A stretch of DNA of 64,000 nt. Origin: Lepidodermella squamata. Its lineage: Eukaryota > Animalia > Gastrotricha. Shown here piece after piece: positions 56,369-64,000 of this stretch. The notes beneath the pieces were generated by a model. That model was not told the origin of the DNA and searched no databases. It was given only the letters and a program-made list of their open reading frames with translations. Where the stretch lies: positions 1,488,001 to 1,552,000 of the forward strand of contig JBLDXI010000028.1 of the NCBI GenBank assembly GCA_047495785.1, given 5' to 3'. Each line of letters begins with the position of its first letter. Within the stretch, counting starts at the first letter, position 1. The translations under genes were made by a program, and so were the position numbers.

Positions 56369-58187
56369 ATGTACAAAAAGTCACTTCTGATACATTTGGG
56401 GCTTTTTCTTGTATTTATCCTTGTCGACTCGGCTGAAAGAAAAGGACTGAATCAAAAGCTCTTGGTGATCTTATTTGACGGATTCCGCATACTCTATTTA
56501 ACTGAGAATGACCTGCCAACTTTTAAGGCCTTCGGGAAAAGTGGACTGATTTCCGAGCTTACTCGAAGCGTCTTCCCGAGCGACACCTTCCCTAATCACT
56601 GTAAGCAACTACTTTATGTTTTTAAGTTTTATCAGTGGTTTTGCAGGGTCTATTGTTACTGGAATGTATCCTGAAAGCCATGGCATCGTCTCCAACAGCT
56701 TTTACGATCCGAAATTGAACAAAACATTCAACGTCTCCAGCCACGATACCGCATTCTGGGATCAAGCTGAGCCTATTTGGATCGCAGCACGACGAACAGG
56801 TAACAAACGAACTGCATCATCATATTGGCCCGGTTCTGCTGTCAAATTCGAGTTGGGGTATCCTGACTTCTATACAACGGTCTACAACGACAAAGTGCCG
56901 TTCGAAGAAAGGATCAATGAAACGGTTCGCTATCTTTCGAAAGAAAACGTCGACCTAGCTCTGCTCTACCACAATGAGCCAGATTTCACCGCACACTACA
57001 ATAACCTTGAATCTGACGTGGTGAAAAAAGTTGTCAAAGCAGCGGATGATTACTTCGCCAAGCTTCTTAAATACTTGGAAGAAGCCGGTCTCAACCAGGA
57101 AAACTTTAACATTATCGCCCTTGCAGATCATGGAATGGTCAGCATTGAGAAGTTTTTATACGTGGGTGATTACGTTGATATGGCGAGCATTGAATATGTA
57201 AGTTGAATCTCTTGAATAACCATGAATCAGGTTTCACCATGAACATACCAGTAGTTATATAGCGAGCCAAATCGCAAGCGATGTTGAGTAAGTTGGATTT
57301 AGCGCTTACTCAATAAAAAACCCTGAAAACTGAACACGGTACTATATACGTTCGGGAATTTTCGATAGCAAATGTATTGGATTGGGTTGTTTCCGAACGT
57401 CATACCCAGTTTCATTTCACAACATTTCATTGGAACGAGATGCTTAAGTTGTCAATTCGTTAATAGTCAAATATTGCGCCATATTTTAGATTTTTTCCTT
57501 GTATTTTCTCAACTTCCGCAATTTATGAGAATTTTCTGTGAATTTTTTGCAGCCGGACATGTATGGTGCCTATATGGGGGTGAGACCCAAAGAAGGCCAG
57601 ACTAACGAGGTTATGGCTAACTTGACAAAAGCAAGTCTGGAAACCGGACTCTTCAATGTTTATTGGAAGAAAGACGTTCCGTTCGAATTACATTTTTCAA
57701 ACAGCGACAGAATACCCGAAATAATGATATTGTGTAAAATCGGCGTTTCCATTGATAGAGTAAGCACTATTCAACTTTCATAGTTGTTTACCGCTTTATG
57801 TTTTCCAATCATTCCCAGTCAAATAATTCGACTTTTAAGTCCACTCATGGATACGACCCCGAGGAAACCGTTATGCAACCTCTTTTCATGGCTCGCGGTC
57901 CAGCTTTTAAACAAGGCGGCTACAAAGTGACTCAAATGTTCGAGACGAAAGATATCTACGCAATCATGGCATATGTTACTGGTATTCAACCCGCTGCAAC
58001 TAACGCTAGCCTGGAACGAGTTCGAGACCTGTTTGCTTTCGACCCGTTTGACCCGTCGGCTTCGACTTCCAATCAACCTACAACCAAATCATTATCAGGC
58101 TTAACGACAGGAAAATCACATGCTGACTACTTAGCATACAACCCTGCTATTATGTTGATAGTTATGGTTATTAATTTTACGTTTTAA
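56369..58187 (+). CDS. ENPP-type phosphodiesterase, copy B, 4 exons
   Basis: Introns 56601-56646, 57198-57552, 57760-57818; metal-ligand motifs retained (FDGFR, TFPNH, EPDFTAH, ADHGM, HGYD). Confidence 0.88.
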
Positions 58188-58599
58188 TATATTATAGCTC
58201 CTGATAAGCGATGTTCTACCTGCTGAGTTTTGTTTCTGTTAGCTTGCCTGTTGAAATGAATACAATTTTAGTGATTCAGTCATGTTTAATCAAACGTGAC
58301 TCTGACCTACTCAACGGTATCAATTTCATTCGCCACGCGTTCATTTTCTCTTTTGGGTGCCTTCATAATAAAAGACGTCCGGCTAAAAAGGCATTTCGTG
58401 GCACAATGTGCGCGGGAAATTTTCGAAAAATGACTGTAAATTGCAGGAAAATTTGCTGAAATGGATCAAAACTAGCGGGAAATTTCGCAGCCCTGTCTGG
58501 CTTAATTCCCGGCTGTTAAAATTGTTATGCAGGCTGTCAACCGTCATGTTTGCGCATATGGATTGCAGGGTGCAAACAACAGCAATCCGGTGGTGAAAA

Positions 58600-59134
58600 G
58601 ATGGGGCAAATATCTGCCAGCATTTGCGTTTCTACCGCTTGATCTTGTTGCGGGCTCCTTCTGTGGCAGAAAAAAGAGAACGGCCTAATTCAGCTTTACG
58701 AATATTTCGAAAATAATTATGTTGGATTATATCGGCATAAGGTGGTTAATACCAACCCGTGATTCGACACGGCACTCTGGAAATGTTAAGTCCGTGTGTT
58801 GCCGGCCTCAGACAACAAGGCGGAGGTTTGGCACAAATCCTTCCAGGAATTTGTGGGTAAGCCCCACCCGTCACCGTACGAAATTATTTCCTTTTTCAAG
58901 AAGGAGCCGGATCTGAGTGATGGCCGACTCTTGGCTGGGCTTAGTGGGCTACCCTTCAAGCGGACCTACCCACAGGAAGAGAGGCACAACAAAGCGTTGA
59001 AGAAAATCTGCGAGGCAATTATTGATAACCCTATTGCTGACTCTGCTACCCTCGAAACTTACCTTTTTACGATTCATTCGCATTTTGAACTCAAGAAAGC
59101 TAAATATCCGAACATCCCGATTGAGTTTTGTTGA
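58600..59134 (+). mobile_element. Degenerate Mutator-like (MULE) transposase fragment
   Basis: Hand translation gives LPAFAFLPLDLV...YFENNYVG...NP*FDTALWKC*...DNKAEVWH...HPSPYEIISFFKKE, matching the MULE C-terminal pattern (ALAFLP; YF..NY; NN..E.WH; HP); contains stops. Confidence 0.7.
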
Positions 59135-59432
59135 CGAATTTACCCTCCAATAATAAATAGCGCGCTTTTTGTGTAATTACGTGGTTTTTTAGCGCTGTTT
59201 CGACGTTTTTGCTGTTTTGTCGCGTTTGCTGTTTCTTGACTATGATGTTATGTCGGTCTGCCGATTGCACATTACTCTGAATGCCTTAAGCCTTAATAAC
59301 ATAAAAAATAAAGTTTGAGTGTTAGAACTGCAATAACGCATTTTTTCAGCTGTTCCTTAAAAATACATACTGTATTGCTTGATGCAAGGCTTAATTCATC
59401 AATGCGAACACAAGTCATTCAAAACAGTGAAG

Positions 59433-61208
59433 ATGTTGTACAAAAAGTCACTTCTGGTACATTTGGGGCTGTTTGTTGTAGTTAACCTTGTCGATTCGGC
59501 TGAAATAAAAGGGCTGAATCAAAAACTCCTAGTGATCTCATTTGACGGATTCCGCAGACTCTATTTAACGGAGAATGACCTGCCAACTTTCAAGGCCTTC
59601 GGGACAAGCGGACTGATTTCCGAACTTACTCGAAGCGTCTTCCCGAGCGACACCCTCCCCAATCACTGTTAGTAATTGATTAAAGTTTTATAGTTCTACC
59701 ATTATATTTGCAGGGTCTATTGTTACTGGCATGTATCCTGAGAGCCACGGCACACATCTCGTGAGAGTGTAGGAAATGATATTAAAACTTACATATTCAA
59801 TGCTCGCCATATCAACGTAATCACCGATGAATATCATATTTTCTATGATCGCAGCTCGACGAACAGGTAACAAGCGAACTGCGGTATCGTATTGGCCCGG
59901 TTCTATGGTCAAATTCGAGATGGGGTATCCTGACTTCCACAGAGCGGTTTATGACACCAAGGTGACATTCGAAGAAAGAATCAATGAAACCGTGCGTTAT
60001 TTAGCGAGAGAAAACGTAGACCTGGCCCTCCTCTACAACAACGAGCCGGACTACGTCTCACATCAGAATAAACCGCAATCTGATACGGTGAAAAAATCTC
60101 TGAAAGCAGCGGATCAATACTTGTCCAAGATTCTTCGCTATTTGGAAGAAGCCGGTCTCAACAACGAGAACTTGAACATAATCACCCTTGCTGATCATGG
60201 GATGGCTATCATAGAAAATATGATATTCATCGGTGATTACGTTGATATGGCGAGCATTGAATATGTAAGTTTTAATATCATTTCCTGCTGTGTGTCTAAT
60301 ATCCCACAAGTTAAAACACTTTGCTGGAAAATGATCTACATCCCTCATCCATGCCTCATCCTATAAGCGCGATTTTACTGATTAAAAACAATAATTTAGC
60401 GGAAAACCCCGAAAAATCCAGTGGTATCTGGGCTAGACTTACATTAATATCTCCATCGATATATTGTTTCGGATTTTTTATTTCCAACGACAATAGTCAA
60501 TTCTCATGGCTTGGGTTTGAATCTATTTGGTCATTGCATACTATTTTCGTACTTCCGTTACTTTGTGGTAACTTGTTTGTAGCCGAACATGTTTGGTGCC
60601 TATGTGGGGGTAAGACCAAAGGTAGGACGAGCTGATGACGTTATGGCTAATTTGACAAGAGCAAGTCAGAAAACTGGCCTCTTCAATGTTTATTGGAAGA
60701 AAGACGTTCCGCTCGAATTACATTTTTCAAACAACGACAGAATCCCAGACATTATAATCTTGTGTAAAGTCGGAGTTTACATGCATAGAGTAAGCAATTC
60801 TAATCATTTTTTGGCCGCAATATGTTTTCCAATCATTTCTAGTCAGCAAACTCGTCTGGCAGCTCCTCCCATGGATACGACCCTGAAGAAACCGTTATGC
60901 AACCTCTTTTCATGGCTCGCGGTCCAGCGTTCAAGCAAGGTGGCTTTAAAGCGACTCGAATGTTCGAGACTAAAGATATCTACGCAATCATGGCATATGT
61001 CACTGGTATTCAACCCGCTGCTACTAACGCCAGCCTGGAACGAGTTCGAGACCTCTTTGTCGTCGACCCATTTGACTTTTCGATTAAAACTATTACGACA
61101 AAGTCGTTACCATGGTGGACGACTTCCCATGAATTACCCTCACTTGCGTATTTTATCTTTTGTGCATCACTTTCGCTCACATGTGTTATCACTTGTGTCT
61201 TTTTCTAA
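59433..61208 (+). pseudogene. ENPP-type phosphodiesterase copy C, disrupted in exon 2
   Basis: Same 4-exon layout as A and B, but 59752-59847 is replaced by non-homologous sequence with an in-frame TAG (59770-59772) and a later TAA. Confidence 0.8.
59771..60286. repeat. Perfect 79-nt inverted repeat (59771-59849 / 60208-60286)
   Basis: aggaaatgat...ttctatgat is the exact reverse complement of atcatagaaa...atcatttcct. Confidence 0.95.
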
Positions 61209-61294
61209 TGAAATGACACCAAGCATCCTTTATGTAGCTGAAAGCTGAATTCTTACTTTATTATATTTCAGAAGGGAAGATGAACTCACGTTTT

Positions 61295-62506
61295 CTATGG
61301 CTGAGATGTCATAGAAATTGGAGTAACATCAACATAACTGAGTGCAAAAACGTGAATAGCCATAAATGCGATTACAGCGATAAGAAGAGCAAAAAAGTCC
61401 ACTAAACGCCTACGCGATAATCGATATTGTGGTTTCAGGTGTCGAAAAAGCACACCGTTGAAGTACTCAGACTGTGAAGCGATCAATCCACAAAATACCA
61501 AAGAATACACGGTGCAAAGAACGGAAAACATAGCGAGCAGATCAACATAAGTTATCAGATAAATGCGTTGAGGTTTCACTGGCAGCCGAGTCAACGCTTG
61601 GTCGTGAAACATTGTAGCAGCTAGCAGTAATAGTGCTTGAAATATTGGTCTCTCAATTTTGTTCGGAGGAAGTAATAGAGCAATAATTTGCAAAGCTGCC
61701 AATACACAACAAGGATTCATAATGTTCGAAACGTAGAAAGAAGGATTCCTTTCAAAGGTGAACTCAAATGAGGCTAAACTGGCATTTTCGCCATTCAACT
61801 TCAAAACGTCAGTGTAATTGACAGTCCTCAGGAGAAACCAGTTGTCAGACGAGTCTAAAAGAAGTCGACCAGGAACAAAGCTCAACTCGGCTTTAGAAAT
61901 CACTCCTCCTTTGGTGGATTGTTGAATTATAAATTCAATAGAGCACGTTTGAGAATCGTAAGGAAAATCGGTCAATTTCATCTTACAAGTCGACCAGAAG
62001 TCACCGAAGTAAAGATAGTCGAAACTCATCATTCCGCCTGAATCGATTTTCATGTAAAATTGCTTGGTAAATGAGTCGAAATTTCCGCGTGAGTTGTAGT
62101 TGTGAACTAGAGGCCGCCAGAAGAAGCGTTCGTCGATGAAAATTGTAGTATCTTTGTCTTGCATATAACCAGGGCAAGGAATTTTCCAGGAAAGGCGTAA
62201 CGAGCCGCTAACAGCGAAAGTCTCTGCGAAATCGTCGATGCCTATTAGTTGATGCGGGGTGAATGTAAGTGTTGTGTTGACGGAATTGCAGAGCTTGACG
62301 TCCTGGAAATAGGCCATGAAGGAACACGTTGGCGATGAGTATTCTGGCGAAAGGTGAGGGCAGGCTTTCAGGATATCAGCTGTTTTCCCCCGTGTTACTT
62401 CATCAATAATTTCCATTGTAGTTTTCGACTGCATTGTTGTTCTTGCAACAATATTTGAAACGAAACAGCTGAGAATACTCAGAATAACCAAATAAATTTC
62501 AACCAT
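61295..62506 (-). CDS. Divergent intronless pLGIC subunit #21
   Basis: Likely start MVEIYLVIL; CKMKLTDFPYDSQTC; IERPIFQALLLLAATMF. Confidence 0.92.
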   Translation of the reverse strand: MVEIYLVILSILSCFVSNIVARTTMQSKTTMEIIDEVTRGKTADILKACPHLSPEYSSPTCSFMAYFQDVKLCNSVNTTLTFTPHQLIGIDDFAETFAVSGSLRLSWKIPCPGYMQDKDTTIFIDERFFWRPLVHNYNSRGNFDSFTKQFYMKIDSGGMMSFDYLYFGDFWSTCKMKLTDFPYDSQTCSIEFIIQQSTKGGVISKAELSFVPGRLLLDSSDNWFLLRTVNYTDVLKLNGENASLASFEFTFERNPSFYVSNIMNPCCVLAALQIIALLLPPNKIERPIFQALLLLAATMFHDQALTRLPVKPQRIYLITYVDLLAMFSVLCTVYSLVFCGLIASQSEYFNGVLFRHLKPQYRLSRRRLVDFFALLIAVIAFMAIHVFALSYVDVTPISMTSQP

Positions 62507-62952
62507 GCCTATTGAGTATGAAAACTTCAAAATTATACTGGCTAATATTTGCAAATTAGCTGTTGTTTTATTTTTGCTGTGAATGCCTAGGGGATCACAC
62601 TGTAAGCGGACTGCTTTGTTACACGGTCAGTCCTTAAATAATCGATTTTTTGATAGTGCAGCTTTTAAAAGCCTTCAGGCAAACATTATCGACGTAAACT
62701 AAGTGACGTTTAGCATAAAAGGGAGAGCAAGACTAAATCTACTACGCGGACCAGATCTGACCTGGTGAAAAAAGCCGCTAAAAAATAGCAGCGGAAACTT
62801 TTTCCTATATCAGCTCTTTTAAATTTAATTTGCCAAGTCCGGTGTAAGGTGTGAATTTTATTTACTGAAACTCGCATTACACTACACAGGTAAATCGCTA
62901 AATTCTTTATTCACCTTATCCCGATTGGACACCCTTTCGGCCACACGACTAG

Positions 62953-64000
62953 TCACGTAATTCGCAATACAACCGAGAAAAAGTAGACGTTGACGAGAAC
63001 ATAAAGGACCAAAGCAATAATGAAAACGAAAAGGTCAAGCAATCGATTGAACCTAATTGATAGAACGTTGATCCTGAGGCACAATCTCTTCCTCAAAAGG
63101 TCAGGCCGTTCTTTGAAAATACCGCAGGCTATGATCGAGTATACAGCGCATGACAGGGAATGGAAAAAACAGAAGTCTGTGTACATTGACATCAATGTTC
63201 TCTGCGGTTTCGGTGGGATAAAATTTAACATCTGGCATTGTAGTATAATCATTCCTATCAAGATAGCTGTCTTCAGTATCGCCCGTTCTGGTAGGAAAGG
63301 TGGTAGAAAAAATGCGATTAGCTGCATTCCAGATAGCACGCAATAAGGAAGCATGAAATTTGTAACATAAAAAGTTGGATTTCGGCGGAATTTCATGCTG
63401 AAAATTGCCGCTGCTCTTTTTATCTTGTCCATGTCCTTCGTGTCATACCAATCTTCGTAATTCAGAAACGTCCAGTCGAATTCTTCATGGTCAGTTTTGA
63501 AGTGGTTGTCCTTCTCAAGCCTTAGCTCAGTTTGAGAAAATTTTACTGCTTTCGCGTTCTCCTGCATCAAGAAATTGACGTTGCATTGATGGGAATCGAG
63601 TGGGAAGTGACGAAAATCAAGATCGCACGTCGAAACTACGTGGCCATAAAGAAACAGTGCGAAGACCAACTGCCCTTTTGCATCCACTCGGACAGTAAAA
63701 GTCCGCAAAAATCCGTCTAGAAACCCGAAATTATCACGCGAGTTTTGCTGGTAGATATGCGGAGTCCAGAAGAGTCGTTCATCCAAATAGTAAGCGGTAT
63801 CTTTCTCCCAGCCATGCTTCTTACATGGAATAATCCACTGGAAGCGGATTGATCCGGATAAGGACATAGTTTCAGCGGTTTGATCGATCGAGTTGAGCCG
63901 TTCAGGCTGGAGTCTTACAGTAACGTTAACGGGATAGCAATCGGATCTTCCAATTAGAGGACAGCTCGGGGAGTAAGTTTCAGGGGACAACATTGGGCAA
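62953..64000 (-). CDS. Divergent pLGIC subunit #22, 5' end outside the window
   Basis: Begins mid-motif (CPMLSPETYSPSC); CDLDFRHFPLDSHQC; PERAILKTAILIGMII. Confidence 0.9.
   Translation of the reverse strand, partial: CPMLSPETYSPSCPLIGRSDCYPVNVTVRLQPERLNSIDQTAETMSLSGSIRFQWIIPCKKHGWEKDTAYYLDERLFWTPHIYQQNSRDNFGFLDGFLRTFTVRVDAKGQLVFALFLYGHVVSTCDLDFRHFPLDSHQCNVNFLMQENAKAVKFSQTELRLEKDNHFKTDHEEFDWTFLNYEDWYDTKDMDKIKRAAAIFSMKFRRNPTFYVTNFMLPYCVLSGMQLIAFFLPPFLPERAILKTAILIGMIILQCQMLNFIPPKPQRTLMSMYTDFCFFHSLSCAVYSIIACGIFKERPDLLRKRLCLRINVLSIRFNRLLDLFVFIIALVLYVLVNVYFFSVVLRIT

Noticed and set aside
59688-59912. Minus-strand ORF containing ENPP peptide IIENMIFIGDYVDMASIEY
   Set aside because: By-product of the 79-nt inverted duplication, not a gene
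3174-63993. Assigning gene symbols such as CHRNA, GABBR, ENPP5, RAB6 or APOD
   Set aside because: Family membership is clear, but orthology cannot be established without phylogeny, and several diagnostic residues are missing
1-64000. Prokaryotic interpretation (operon, CRISPR array, bacterial Cys-less pLGICs)
   Set aside because: Spliceosomal introns, AATAAA signals, nuclear receptors, Rab and class C GPCRs indicate a metazoan; no repeat-spacer array was seen

Overview
Eukaryotic (metazoan, most likely invertebrate) genomic DNA from a very compact genome: introns are mostly 46-61 nt GT-AG, intergenic spacers are often under 250 nt, and poly(A) signals frequently overlap stop codons. The window is dominated by 22 divergent pentameric ligand-gated ion channel (pLGIC, Cys-loop/nAChR-like) subunit genes. 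Twenty-one show no intron in the visible sequence and form a distinct family with four extra N-terminal cysteines, no acetylcholine-binding aromatic box or vicinal CC, an N-glycosylation sequon on loop C in most members, and a very short M3-M4 loop. Four members have lost both Cys-loop cysteines, and one lacks M1-M2 through an in-frame deletion. The 22nd gene has introns and is more canonical. Interleaved with the array are 4 GABA-B-type class C GPCRs without a C-terminal coiled coil, 2 tandem divergent nuclear receptors, a Cys-less lipocalin, a non-prenylated Rab6-like GTPase, 3 tandem ENPP-type ecto-phosphodiesterases (one disrupted by a length-neutral inverted templated replacement), a MULE relic, a non-LTR retrotransposon relic and three MITE-like inverted repeats. 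My best interpretation (inference) is a lineage-specific chemosensory receptor supercluster, analogous to cephalopod chemotactile receptors. I could not determine the organism from the sequence.
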